From a virus: 64,000 nt of DNA. The notes under the pieces were generated by a model. That model saw nothing but the letters and a program-made list of their open reading frames with translations. It ran no database searches and was not told the DNA's origin. Both the position numbers and the translations under genes were made by a program. The stretch is from positions 1 through 64,000 of the IMG/VR virus record IMGVR_UViG_3300029319_000019; one strand, 5' to 3'. Positions 20,187-30,703 of this stretch are shown piece by piece; position 1 is the stretch's first letter; every line of letters starts with the position of its first letter.

Positions 20187-23100
20187 TATTTATCTTCTTT
20201 TTTATCGTCCTCTTTGGTAGCAGTTGGCTTCGCAAAACGCTTGTTAAATAGCTCAGCTATGTCAGCATTTGTATATGGTTGACCTGTTCTAGGATTAATT
20301 TGATTTCTTAAGAAGTTTCTTAATCTATCTCTTTCATAGATTCCCATATCACCAGTAGCTCTTGCTAGTCTCTCACTCGCTTGATAAGACATTGCATCAC
20401 CTGCTAATCCTGCAATACCTTGCGCAAATGTATCAACTGCACCTAATCTTCTATTAGACTGTGCAATACGTTCAGCTTCTCTTGCTGCAGTATTAATTTG
20501 ATTTACACGTAAAGCATTTTGTATATTCTGCGTTCTTGCTTGCATTTGCATTTGAGCTTCTCTATTTGCAATCTGAGTATTTATTCTAGACTCTTGTGCA
20601 GCAATCTTCATATCACCTTCTTGTTTACGTCTGTATGCAGACATCTTAGCAATGATACCAGCTGGTCCAATACCACTAGTTTCAATAAATCTATTTATCG
20701 CTCTATTGTCTGCTGCATTAGCTGCACGCTCTGCATTGAAGTTAACTCTATCTAGTGCAGGAGCTTTTATTCTACCAGGCGCACCCATTTGTTCTACCGG
20801 CTTGTCTTTCTTAAAGAAGGAATATGCTGCTGGTAATAACTGTGTTACCCCTGCAGCTATTGCTAAACCTGGTACATTTCTATTAAGTCTTTTAAGAGCT
20901 TTCTGTTCTTGCTCTGTTAATTCAACATTACTCTTTGCTTTATCTATTAAAGCTTGATCCTCTTCTGAAAGCTGCTCATTAATTTGATTTTGTAAATTTA
21001 ATGCACTCTGCACACCTTGATTTGGATCTACGTTTATTTCTACTAAGTCATCAAAAGGATTAGGTACTACATTCTCTGAAAGTGTATATTTATTAGGATC
21101 TATACCAGGATAAAATAGCTCTTGTCCCTCTTCTTGTCCCTCTTTCTCTTTCTTTTCTTCTTTTTTAACTTTTTTCTCTTCTTCTTTACTAGCTGGAGGA
21201 ACAGCACCGCTAGGCCCTAATAAATTTAGTTCCTCACTCATTTTATCTATACCGCTTATTGGGTTATATAAATTTATTCCCTGACTAAAGTCATCTATAC
21301 CATCCATATTAAGATCTGACATTATAACATTTCCTAGTGGGTCTACACCCCCTAACTGATAGTAACCACCCGCACCTAACTTAACAACGTTAGGATTTCT
21401 ACCTGCTTTCTTTTCTTGTAGCTTAGCTAGTGCATCAATATCTTTTTGACGTCCACCATTCTTTAGTATATCTTTATGTCTTTGTGCAAATGACTTACCT
21501 CCCATCTTTAAATGTTGTGAGAAGAAGTAATCTCCTACACCACCTTTCTTCATGGTTACTTTATCCATAGTCTCTCCACCCTCTACCTCTGTCATAGGAT
21601 CTAGCATTATGCCTCCTTGCTCATGACTTCTACCTTTAAACTCTACAGCATCACTACCTGGTATAGGTTTCATTTTACCTCCTGGTAGTTTTACACCACC
21701 TCTTTGATATACTTTATTAAAATACTTATCCATACTTGTAGGATCTCCTGCAGCTCCTGTGCCGTATAGTGCTGGCATGTCACTAGCATCTTGCATAGGG
21801 TTAACTAAAGATACTGTTTTTAAAAGTGGTGCTGCTGAGGCCGCTCCAACTCTTAAAAGTTTAGAACCCATAAGTAAACCTTTTTTTGCAGCTTTTTTAA
21901 GACCCATCTTTTCTACAACATTGCTAACACCTGATACTATATTATCAACTGCGCTAGGTTTTATTTGTTTTATAATTCTTTGACTAGGAGGCATTGGTAT
22001 GTTAGGTCTAGGCATATTTTGCAATACTCCAGGAGCCCCGCCTGTTTGATAATACCCACCATATCTAGCAACATCCTTACCAAAGTCAAATCCAGAATAC
22101 TCTCTAGCTTTTAAACTTTCCATTTTCTGTCTTTGTAATACTTTTGCAATTTCCCCTCTTTTCTTTCTTTCGGCTTTTGCCATCTCTTTCCTAGCCTTAC
22201 CTCTTTTTACAAGACCTCCAATTCCTGACACCCCTGCTCCTATAATACCACCAATCAACGCAGTAACAGGTGCAGCAGGTCCGCCAATCATACCTCCTAT
22301 ACCTGCCCCTGTTCCTAGACCTTGAAGTAATGAACCAGTTGTTTCTCCTACATTCATTGTTGTAGCATCATCATCGTCTGCTAATTTTTTAACACCCATA
22401 CCTGCTAAGGATGCAACCAGAGCTGGATTTAACATTGATGCTGCAGTAGATGTGCCACCTGTAATAGAACCTGTTAAAAACTCTCCTGCTTTTGCAGCTC
22501 CAGTTCCAGCAGTTGCAGATCCTAAATTAGCTATAGATTGTTTTGCTCCGGCAGCTACCTTAGACAAACCAGTGCTTAGTTTACTGCCCCCAGATACACC
22601 CATTACCTCAAATCCCGCTGGTACTTCTGCTCCAGGTAGTATAGACAGTTCTGCTCCTGTTGCAGGATTTACAGCAAATTGCACACCCTTTGGTGCTGAT
22701 GCTAGCCCCATTGATTCTGAAACTCCTTTACCATATAAGTCTGCACCTGTTTTAATTAGTGAAGGATCAGCAGTACTAGCTACCCCAACTGGCATAAAGT
22801 TACCAGCCTCATCTTTTATTTTTTCTCCTGTTTTAGGATCTACTTTAAACTTTTTACTTTTATCTGCTAAATCTAAAACTTGTTCACCTATACCTTGAAC
22901 AGTTTGCATTCGTGCTTCTTGCTTAGCTATTTCTTGCTGAGCTTCATCTTGATATTTAGTAGATTCTTGTGCTGCTTTTAAATCTTCTTCTATAGCTTTT
23001 AGTTTAGCAGGATCTGCTTCCTGATATGTAATGGAAGATGTTTCCGGTACACCTGGTAATGTATTAGCGCCATACATAGGGGCTTGTTGTAATCCACCTG

Positions 23101-23350
23101 CTTGGTAGTAACCCATACGTCTCATGAATTCTTTATTACTACTTTTAGGGTAACCGCCTTCTTGCATAGTATCAGCTAGTTTACCAATCTTTTTAGATTG
23201 TGCTGCATGTAGCTTAGATGCCTTAGCTAACTGCTTAGATACTTTACTAAGAGTTTTTGACTTTCCACCTTTTAACATTCTCTTAGGCTTCTTGCCAGCT
23301 TTCTTCATTGATATTGCTATTGCTGCTTGTTGCGCTCTTGATTTTGCCAT
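20186..23350 (-). CDS. Putative cargo/ejection protein with glycine-zipper membrane segment and repeated xxGG motifs
   Basis: 1054 aa directly after the muzzle gene; GLGTGAGIGGMIGG...LIGGIIGAGVSGIGG segment; GRSHEQGGI...EVEGGET module; many YQxGG-like motifs. Confidence 0.7.
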   Translation of the reverse strand: MAKSRAQQAAIAISMKKAGKKPKRMLKGGKSKTLSKVSKQLAKASKLHAAQSKKIGKLADTMQEGGYPKSSNKEFMRRMGYYQAGGLQQAPMYGANTLPGVPETSSITYQEADPAKLKAIEEDLKAAQESTKYQDEAQQEIAKQEARMQTVQGIGEQVLDLADKSKKFKVDPKTGEKIKDEAGNFMPVGVASTADPSLIKTGADLYGKGVSESMGLASAPKGVQFAVNPATGAELSILPGAEVPAGFEVMGVSGGSKLSTGLSKVAAGAKQSIANLGSATAGTGAAKAGEFLTGSITGGTSTAASMLNPALVASLAGMGVKKLADDDDATTMNVGETTGSLLQGLGTGAGIGGMIGGPAAPVTALIGGIIGAGVSGIGGLVKRGKARKEMAKAERKKRGEIAKVLQRQKMESLKAREYSGFDFGKDVARYGGYYQTGGAPGVLQNMPRPNIPMPPSQRIIKQIKPSAVDNIVSGVSNVVEKMGLKKAAKKGLLMGSKLLRVGAASAAPLLKTVSLVNPMQDASDMPALYGTGAAGDPTSMDKYFNKVYQRGGVKLPGGKMKPIPGSDAVEFKGRSHEQGGIMLDPMTEVEGGETMDKVTMKKGGVGDYFFSQHLKMGGKSFAQRHKDILKNGGRQKDIDALAKLQEKKAGRNPNVVKLGAGGYYQLGGVDPLGNVIMSDLNMDGIDDFSQGINLYNPISGIDKMSEELNLLGPSGAVPPASKEEEKKVKKEEKKEKEGQEEGQELFYPGIDPNKYTLSENVVPNPFDDLVEINVDPNQGVQSALNLQNQINEQLSEEDQALIDKAKSNVELTEQEQKALKRLNRNVPGLAIAAGVTQLLPAAYSFFKKDKPVEQMGAPGRIKAPALDRVNFNAERAANAADNRAINRFIETSGIGPAGIIAKMSAYRRKQEGDMKIAAQESRINTQIANREAQMQMQARTQNIQNALRVNQINTAAREAERIAQSNRRLGAVDTFAQGIAGLAGDAMSYQASERLARATGDMGIYERDRLRNFLRNQINPRTGQPYTNADIAELFNKRFAKPTATKEDDKKEDK

Positions 23351-23352
23351 AA

Positions 23353-26300
23353 TTATCTATAGAATTTTTTTGCAGCCACGTTGGTGGAATACAAATTTAT
23401 TAATTTTTTTGTAACATTGTCGTATTTTAAGCGAATTCCTATCCACTTATCTCTGAACTTTCTTTGTTTGTGCCATGATTTACCTGCATCTATAAAATTA
23501 TTGTTTATAGTTTCAGTCATTCCATCAATATTAAACATTGGATTTGCATTTACTTGACCATCTGTAACTTCTACACCTGTTGTTATAGTACCTGCAACGT
23601 TAGCACCAGGTACACCAAAGTTACTGCCAGTGAAAGCTCCTGTGTAAATAGTATCATTACTAGTAGTTAATTTAGCTAAGTCTCTAAATTTATTTATCTT
23701 CCACTCATTACCTACCTGTCTAGTGTTTATCATATACTCTATGGGTTGTTCATCAGATATTTGATGTGTAGTGTATACGTAGAAACTATTGAAGCCATGG
23801 TCATTTGCAAGAACATTATGAGAATCTTCTACATCTACCATATAATCAAAGCTGTAAAATATTTTATCAGAATCTTTACCTGAGTTATATATAAACTCAA
23901 ACTCTGTTAAATAATTTTCAGTATAAAATCTACCTCTATTAATTTCAGAACTATGAACCCAAACATTTCCATAACCTGGTGTAAATGATATAAGAGATTC
24001 ACCGTGTCTACTGTATATATACGGTATGTAATCATGGAATGAAACCCATACATTAAGTTCTACATCATACGAAATAGTCCAACCTGTTGATTCAAAATAT
24101 TCAGTATCACTGTAATCAATAGGAGTTACTTCAAGCGTAGAGGCTCCAGTATCGCCTACCTCTCCTATACTAAACACTTCATTTACTATTTCAAATTGAT
24201 TAGTGGTACTATTAAATTGTGCAATAGGGTACACAAGTTGTGATAACTGAGCAGCAAGTAAAAGTTCTAATAAATCCTCTGTTGGTTTTAAATCTCTCTT
24301 AGTTAAAAGTATCCTGTCATATCTTTCATCATACTCTGAGTGAAATCCTATACCAAGTATTGGATTATCAATGTCTGATGGCACACCATATTTTTCTAAT
24401 GTAAAAGGTATGTTGTCTTGGAACCAGCTTTCCATACCCTGCTTGCCTATGTCATACAACTGATCTTTAAATAAAAATACTCTACGGTTTCTATAATCTA
24501 AAGTGAAGTATCCATGTTTAGTTACCATAGAAACCCATTGAGATTGTGTGCCCCCATATCCATATTTAGTTTGTATAATCTCATCTGGGTCTTGTGCAAA
24601 TATGTCTCCACTACCTACAAAAGATTCTGTGCCATCTGACATTTGCAGGGATTGTTTACCTTTAGTTCTAAATAAACTATCTTCTGTATGCAAGTATAGT
24701 AGATTGTTTAATGATAAAAGTTTCCATAAATCTCCTCTGTTACGCGGCAGGTCTTTAAATTGTAATGCTAAGAATACTCTATAGTTATCTATAAGACTTG
24801 TATTGTCTGCCTTTGCAGATCTTTGCACCCTTGTTTTAAATATCTCTGGATCGGCCTCTCTAATAGGATAAGGCATTGGAGGTTTAATATCTGCTACTCC
24901 CAATGTATATGGATGAGAGTATAGCATAGCATCTTCTTTTGTTAAATCAACATCTGCTTTAAGATCTAACATTCTTTTAGCAGGGCTACCTGGGAAATAA
25001 GCACTTTCTTTATCTTTGTCATGTCTAAAGTTAATGTTATCAGTTGACTCACATATTGTATAAATAAGAGTTTTATGATCCCATGGGGCACTAAGGTTAT
25101 GCTCTGGTCTATGAGATATTCTATATCCATGTCTACATAAATATGTATCACCTCCCCACACTTCACCAGTCTCTCCAAAAACAGTAAATTCTGTAGCGTT
25201 CCCGTTTGCGTCTTCAACATAAGCACCAGGTTCTGTCCCATCGTCGTTTAAAATAAAATTTTGTAAATCTTCTCCTAATACTTCATAACCTGTCCATATT
25301 AACTCTTGTGTATCAAAAGATAAATACATATCAGTTTTAAAAGCATGTAGATTATGAATTTGCAATTGAACTGGAGAAGGCGGATTTTCATAATAAAATT
25401 GTTGGTCAGGATTATTAGGATCTCCTAGTACAGGATCTTCAGGATTAATATGCCAAGGAGCGCCTGTACCTGCATCAGACCACCCTCCTTGATTAGGTTG
25501 CCTATTTGCTAAGTACCCTAACATTATACTAGATTCTCCCCCTAAATTATAGATACGTTGACCAAACCCTAAAGACCTTCCATCAAATATAGAATTACCT
25601 CGTAAATATGTTTTACATTTTTCTCTTATAGGGTAGTGTCTAAAGTTTGGTGCTATACTCTGTTGTTGATAATTAGTTCCTATATGAAAACTCTTGAAAC
25701 TAGAATTTAATATACATTTAGGCCCGTCCCCTGCAGTATAAGGAGTGTTACCTTGAAGATTTTCACCAAGGTTGTAATGAACATCTTCATAAGAGTGAAA
25801 AGGCCCTCCAAAAGATAACATGTCAACAGTATACTCGTGACTTGTATGTGTTCCAGGCACTAAACTATTTTTTCTACTTAATAGATAAAAATCATGAAAA
25901 GTTGCAGAATTAATTGCCCCATTGTACAAAGCACCTGATGCTAGTATAAAATCTTCTGAGGCATTAAGAGTTTGTACACCATCATCTATGGTCCCTAATG
26001 TATCTATAGCCGCGTCACCAGCACAGTCAGATAGATCTATATCAAATTGCGAAATATTTTTTTTCAAAAGGTCTTGTCCAAGTATTCTTCTATTACTATG
26101 TTTTCTTTCAGCATAGTATATTCTAAACCCTTGCACTTTGTCTGCAATATCTACTGGTATTTTAATATCTTTAAACCTTACCCCTAAAGGTCTTACTTCA
26201 TGTGCTATCTGTCCTGCTAGGTTAGTATCAGTAACCTGAGCTTGCCATATAAAAATTCCGTATGTAACTTGGCTTGGCCATGTGCCTAAATCACCTTGAC

Positions 26301-28515
26301 CTGGTAAATTACCACTTCCAAAGAAATCAACACTATTGTCTTGATCTATTTCTACTTGACTATCATCACCATCTCCAATTCCTCCAGCCATGTTAACCCC
26401 TGTTACCGTTGACCAAGCACACCCTGATGTTGCAGTTAACGCTACTCCAACCTTATTCCAAACAAACCACCCTTCTTGCCCCATTAAAGCCGATGAAGGT
26501 TCCTGATATATCCATGTTTCAGCATCGCCCCAGTTATCAGTTATAGTATCCATAGCATTACCAAATCCAGGAGCGCCGGCTGTACCATTATTCAAGAGGC
26601 TATCAACGGGTGTATTACTTGTAACACCAATTAGTCCCAAGTTATCATCTGTATTATTCCCTCCGTTTGTATTTTCTGCAGCACCCGTATCCTGAAAGTT
26701 AGGATCACCAACTGCAAAATAATAAGTTTGTGTAAATGATCCATCTGTACCAGTAAACGTTGTAAGATTGTTAGTTATACTAGATTTATATGGGTTAGAG
26801 TTACTAGGCATATGATGATGTCTAACATTTGTACCTCTTAAATCTTCCGCAACCACTTCTGTTACCCCATCAAATACTTTGTAGTCATCTGTGTTGGGAT
26901 AAAATTCATTTTGGTTTTGCCAAAAATTCATACCATTAGAATTAGGTAAACCAGAGTAATCATAAAAATGAAATAACTGTCCTTGTGTCTGAGTCATTTC
27001 AACCAGACCTGGATCAAAACTAAACTGACTAAGAAAGTCTGTTTCTTCGTGATTAATATCATCCCAGTCAAGGCTGTTTGATGGGGTAGTACCTATTCCA
27101 GTAACACCTGAACCGTCTGTATCACCTATTGCTGTTCTACCTGGTATATGATATGCATAGGACATAGTACCATCATTAAGAACAAATGCTATATAAAATG
27201 CATATACTTCATCTCTCGTGTAGCCTTTACGCTGGGTTCTTGAAGCAAAAGGACTTGTACCTCCTACGTCAGATAATGATAAATTATTTACGTCTCTATA
27301 TCCTTGAGTTTTAGTAATATTAGCAGGAGGAGTTGTATTTAAATACCCATACATCATATTGTCTTGAGTCAACTCGTACGCATCAAATGGGTTAAATGTA
27401 TCTACAATACTTACTGATTTAATAAAGTTTGCATGTTTTTGATACCCAATATCTTTAGTCCCAGTTAAATTGCCCACATATAAAACACCATCTAATTGTG
27501 CTAAAGTTTTAGCTGTATCATATGCAACTGTATCTATTATAACTTCTTCTACTGATTTTGACTCATACCCTTCTAAACCAGAGAATGTAATTTTTTTACT
27601 ACCTCCTGTTGTTATATCAACATCGTTTAATTTAAAAGCAAATTCTGCAGGAGCTCCATCTTTATCTACAGATCTAAATACTACTACAGGTCTAAGAAAC
27701 TCATAGTCTTTATTTAAATTTGTAACTCTCCAAGCAATAGATTTACCTGTTTGACTATCAGGTAAACAACCATCATACCTTTCTATAGGACGAACTCCTT
27801 CATCATCTTCAACAATAGGAACTCCTAATGAATATGATACAAAATTAGTTTGTGTAAAGTCTTGATCTACATATGCTAAAAATAAATAGTATGTTCCAGA
27901 TTTAAGTGCACCTCCATTAGATATTGTATTAAAACTTATACGTGGAACTGGCCCTGAATGTGGAAATAAATTCATCCTATCTATATAGTTTTTGTTATTA
28001 GAAGACCCAGGAGAAACCCCATATAGTTCATTAGATAAAGAAGTTTGCTGTCTAGTAACATTTAAACTTCTTGGAGGATTAAAGTTATCAGTAAAATATA
28101 TTATTAAATTACCATTAGGATCAATTTTATATGTTCCTTCTATTGGATAATTTTTACTAAATTTTAAATCTACATCATTTTCTAAACCCGTAATTGAAGA
28201 AGTAGCAGTTTGTCCAGCCGTTGTACTAAAAATAGTAATCATACTTGCATCTTCAGGACCTATAGTGCTATATAAATGTATTGAAGAATCGCCATCTTCA
28301 TTAACTACAAATAGTATAACCTGATCTTCTGTAGTTTCTATAGTTCCAATAACCGTCTGATCAATAGATAAAGATTTATAAAATCTAGTACCAGGCTCAT
28401 TTGATATTGCACCAGCAGTTTCATTTATTAGAATGTTCTTAGCATATCTATACGATCCTTCTGGTTGGTCTACAGGAGCAGCATCTTTATTTAATCCTTT
28501 TATATATTTAGCCAT
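23353..28515 (-). CDS. Tail muzzle / stabilisation protein
   Basis: N-terminal KGLNKD...EGSYRYAKN, C-terminal WTISY...WVSFHDY and KFRDKWIGIRLKY patterns typical of crAss-like muzzle proteins; gene position. Confidence 0.8.
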   Translation of the reverse strand: MAKYIKGLNKDAAPVDQPEGSYRYAKNILINETAGAISNEPGTRFYKSLSIDQTVIGTIETTEDQVILFVVNEDGDSSIHLYSTIGPEDASMITIFSTTAGQTATSSITGLENDVDLKFSKNYPIEGTYKIDPNGNLIIYFTDNFNPPRSLNVTRQQTSLSNELYGVSPGSSNNKNYIDRMNLFPHSGPVPRISFNTISNGGALKSGTYYLFLAYVDQDFTQTNFVSYSLGVPIVEDDEGVRPIERYDGCLPDSQTGKSIAWRVTNLNKDYEFLRPVVVFRSVDKDGAPAEFAFKLNDVDITTGGSKKITFSGLEGYESKSVEEVIIDTVAYDTAKTLAQLDGVLYVGNLTGTKDIGYQKHANFIKSVSIVDTFNPFDAYELTQDNMMYGYLNTTPPANITKTQGYRDVNNLSLSDVGGTSPFASRTQRKGYTRDEVYAFYIAFVLNDGTMSYAYHIPGRTAIGDTDGSGVTGIGTTPSNSLDWDDINHEETDFLSQFSFDPGLVEMTQTQGQLFHFYDYSGLPNSNGMNFWQNQNEFYPNTDDYKVFDGVTEVVAEDLRGTNVRHHHMPSNSNPYKSSITNNLTTFTGTDGSFTQTYYFAVGDPNFQDTGAAENTNGGNNTDDNLGLIGVTSNTPVDSLLNNGTAGAPGFGNAMDTITDNWGDAETWIYQEPSSALMGQEGWFVWNKVGVALTATSGCAWSTVTGVNMAGGIGDGDDSQVEIDQDNSVDFFGSGNLPGQGDLGTWPSQVTYGIFIWQAQVTDTNLAGQIAHEVRPLGVRFKDIKIPVDIADKVQGFRIYYAERKHSNRRILGQDLLKKNISQFDIDLSDCAGDAAIDTLGTIDDGVQTLNASEDFILASGALYNGAINSATFHDFYLLSRKNSLVPGTHTSHEYTVDMLSFGGPFHSYEDVHYNLGENLQGNTPYTAGDGPKCILNSSFKSFHIGTNYQQQSIAPNFRHYPIREKCKTYLRGNSIFDGRSLGFGQRIYNLGGESSIMLGYLANRQPNQGGWSDAGTGAPWHINPEDPVLGDPNNPDQQFYYENPPSPVQLQIHNLHAFKTDMYLSFDTQELIWTGYEVLGEDLQNFILNDDGTEPGAYVEDANGNATEFTVFGETGEVWGGDTYLCRHGYRISHRPEHNLSAPWDHKTLIYTICESTDNINFRHDKDKESAYFPGSPAKRMLDLKADVDLTKEDAMLYSHPYTLGVADIKPPMPYPIREADPEIFKTRVQRSAKADNTSLIDNYRVFLALQFKDLPRNRGDLWKLLSLNNLLYLHTEDSLFRTKGKQSLQMSDGTESFVGSGDIFAQDPDEIIQTKYGYGGTQSQWVSMVTKHGYFTLDYRNRRVFLFKDQLYDIGKQGMESWFQDNIPFTLEKYGVPSDIDNPILGIGFHSEYDERYDRILLTKRDLKPTEDLLELLLAAQLSQLVYPIAQFNSTTNQFEIVNEVFSIGEVGDTGASTLEVTPIDYSDTEYFESTGWTISYDVELNVWVSFHDYIPYIYSRHGESLISFTPGYGNVWVHSSEINRGRFYTENYLTEFEFIYNSGKDSDKIFYSFDYMVDVEDSHNVLANDHGFNSFYVYTTHQISDEQPIEYMINTRQVGNEWKINKFRDLAKLTTSNDTIYTGAFTGSNFGVPGANVAGTITTGVEVTDGQVNANPMFNIDGMTETINNNFIDAGKSWHKQRKFRDKWIGIRLKYDNVTKKLINLYSTNVAAKKFYR

Positions 28516-29471
28516 TAGTAATCTCTATTTAACTCTTCTCTATGATTTAAGTATTCAAAGAAACAAGCATGTGCATTGATGTCTGGTATAAGTCTAACCC
28601 ACTGATTCATGTAAGATTCGTATCTTTCAATGTCAGGATAGTTAGCAGCGTTTCTAGCTTGCGTACAATAGTACTTCCATTTTGAATCTGCAAAGTTATA
28701 GTCTATCCTATTATTAGGTTTATCATAACCACCCAATAACATTTGTTTGTATATATACCAAAACATAGCTTCTTTATAACTTATATCGTCTGGTATCATT
28801 GGAAAGCATTCATCATCAATAGGAAAAGCTGTATAGCTTATACATACTTTACCGCTAGCAAAAGATGTTTTTATGTAATCACAATCTATTATATAGCTTT
28901 CGTTATTTGTAGCATGTTCGTTAATACAATCATCGCAATGCATAGAGCTATGGAAAGTGCTAGCTCCATAACGTAATGGTTCTAAGCCAGCACCTCCACC
29001 TTTAGCATTAAAATATATCCCCTCTAAAACGGTTATCCTACTAATTAGCTCTCTAAGCTCTGCTACATTTGCTTTGTATTGTGTATCATATGTGTTTAAA
29101 TCTGCATTAGTAATGTTAGCTCCATTGTTAGCTACATCATTTTCTAAAGTCTCATTATATTGTGCTATGTCAGCTCTAAGTTTTCTAACTTGCTCTGTAA
29201 GAACATCAAGCTCATCACTTGAAGAAGTACCAACAGTTCCATTAACTGCTACTTGATTTATAAAATATAAGTCTCCAGGTAAACATGCTTTATGATCTTC
29301 TATTGTAAGCACGCATTGTTTTTGACACAGTTGTGAAGCTGCCCCAATGTGCTCTAAAGCTTCTCCTATCCATTCTACTGCATCATCTACCCAGTCTGCA
29401 TGATTAGGTCTTAGATCACGCATAACCTTACGGATAATCATTTTACTTGATATGTTCTTATATACTGCCAT
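28515..29471 (-). CDS. Tail ring (tubular) protein
   Basis: EWIGEALEHIG, YIKTSF.SG.V.ISY.AFP.D...PMIPD and W..YC.QAR motifs; immediately upstream of muzzle. Confidence 0.75.
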   Translation of the reverse strand: MAVYKNISSKMIIRKVMRDLRPNHADWVDDAVEWIGEALEHIGAASQLCQKQCVLTIEDHKACLPGDLYFINQVAVNGTVGTSSSDELDVLTEQVRKLRADIAQYNETLENDVANNGANITNADLNTYDTQYKANVAELRELISRITVLEGIYFNAKGGGAGLEPLRYGASTFHSSMHCDDCINEHATNNESYIIDCDYIKTSFASGKVCISYTAFPIDDECFPMIPDDISYKEAMFWYIYKQMLLGGYDKPNNRIDYNFADSKWKYYCTQARNAANYPDIERYESYMNQWVRLIPDINAHACFFEYLNHREELNRDY

Positions 29472-29473
29472 AT

Positions 29474-29743
29474 TTATCTCCAGTTACTACAGCTACCACA
29501 ATTCCATGCGCGTAGCGATTTATTAATTCTTGAGTTAGGATCTCTTTGTCCTTTAGCTCCTGTACGTTTAGCCTTCATCCCACACATTCTACTGCAGAAA
29601 CTAGAACGTCTTTTGTTACCTTTCTTTTTACTAGGAGCTTTTAAGTTACCCCCTGTTGCTCTATTATAAGATCGTCTACCTGCAGCGTTTAGTCCACCGC
29701 TAGGATTCTTGCCTGCTTTTCTTTGCCATGCTGGTGTTGCCAT
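29474..29743 (-). CDS. Small basic protein (DUF6321-like)
   Basis: KNPSGGLNAAGR, RRSSFCSRM and DPNSRINKSLRAWNC motifs recalled from aquatic phage small proteins. Confidence 0.7.
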   Translation of the reverse strand: MATPAWQRKAGKNPSGGLNAAGRRSYNRATGGNLKAPSKKKGNKRRSSFCSRMCGMKAKRTGAKGQRDPNSRINKSLRAWNCGSCSNWR

Positions 29744-29745
29744 AT

Positions 29746-30036
29746 TTATATTCTTGCTGGTCCAGGTAGTATAAATCCACCACCCTTCGCACGTTTAACT
29801 TTCTTTTTTCTTTTGTACCTACTAACTCTTCCTTTAGTATTCTTTTCTCTCTGAGCTCTAGCCTTCTCTGATGCAGATAGTTCAGACCACGTAGATGGTG
29901 TATCCTTAGATATACGTCTAGTAGGTCTAAATGTGTTCTCACCTCCACTGTAGTCTTTCTTACCACTAGGTGTTCTCCATTTTTCTTTAAACCAACGCTT
30001 TAGTCTAGCGCCTGCAGCAGTCTTTCTTACAGCCAT
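29746..30036 (-). CDS. Small basic protein (DUF5872-like)
   Basis: LKRWFKEKWRT and RPTRRISKDTPST..ELS motifs; Lys/Arg-rich. Confidence 0.65.
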   Translation of the reverse strand: MAVRKTAAGARLKRWFKEKWRTPSGKKDYSGGENTFRPTRRISKDTPSTWSELSASEKARAQREKNTKGRVSRYKRKKKVKRAKGGGFILPGPARI

Positions 30037-30236
30037 TACTTCTTCTTTAATTTGCGACCACTGCCATATATGTCTGACATCAGACTGGTAGCTAGTCCAC
30101 CTTTTTCTTTTTTACTTTTATTTCCCCAGTTAGCAGCTCCAACCTTACGACACTTAGCCATCGCACCACTTCTGTATGCAGATGTCTTAGGACCGTATCG
30201 AGCTACAACTTTATGATAACACGCGTCTTTTGGCAT
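30036..30236 (-). CDS. Small basic protein
   Basis: KDACYHKV..RY...SAY.SGA..KCRKVGAANWGN; tightly packed in the operon. Confidence 0.65.
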   Translation of the reverse strand: MPKDACYHKVVARYGPKTSAYRSGAMAKCRKVGAANWGNKSKKEKGGLATSLMSDIYGSGRKLKKK

Positions 30237-30238
30237 CT

Positions 30239-30703
30239 CTAATTCTTTTTAAATTTTAAATAATCTAGTTCATCTAACTCCTTCAGTTTACCTTTGTTAC
30301 CCTTCACTCCTCGTGTAGCATCAAATCTGTAAACTGTTTTGTTCTTTACTTTGCACTTACCTTTACGCCAGTAGTATTTAAGATACTCACTGTCTGTATA
30401 GTATATGTGCCATTTGACACCGTCTCCAGTGTCCTTGTTGTAAAGCTCACTACCATTTTCTAATAGCTCAGCTTTATACTTGTTTGATTCGCCCCAGTCT
30501 ATACCAGGGTTTCTAGGATCTCTCTCCATTCTTACGACGGAAAGAGTTGATAGGTTATACCCCATGTTAAACTCTTTACCGTCTAGAATGTAATCTATAA
30601 TCATCATGTTAAACTCACTGCATATATCCACAAAAGTTTGCTTTGATATATTGCTGTCAGTCTCTACATAATCATTGTATATATGAGAGATGGTGTGTTG
30701 CAC
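30239..30703 (-). CDS. Conserved crAss-like protein, possibly IHF/HU-related
   Basis: Helix followed by IIDYILDGKEFNMGYNLSTLSVVR resembles the HU helix-strand arrangement; position near the ring and muzzle genes. Confidence 0.5.
   Translation of the reverse strand: MQHTISHIYNDYVETDSNISKQTFVDICSEFNMMIIDYILDGKEFNMGYNLSTLSVVRMERDPRNPGIDWGESNKYKAELLENGSELYNKDTGDGVKWHIYYTDSEYLKYYWRKGKCKVKNKTVYRFDATRGVKGNKGKLKELDELDYLKFKKN

Noticed and set aside
2716-29256. Many short plus-strand ORFs inside the late block
   Set aside because: They lie entirely antisense to long, well-supported genes and have no motifs.
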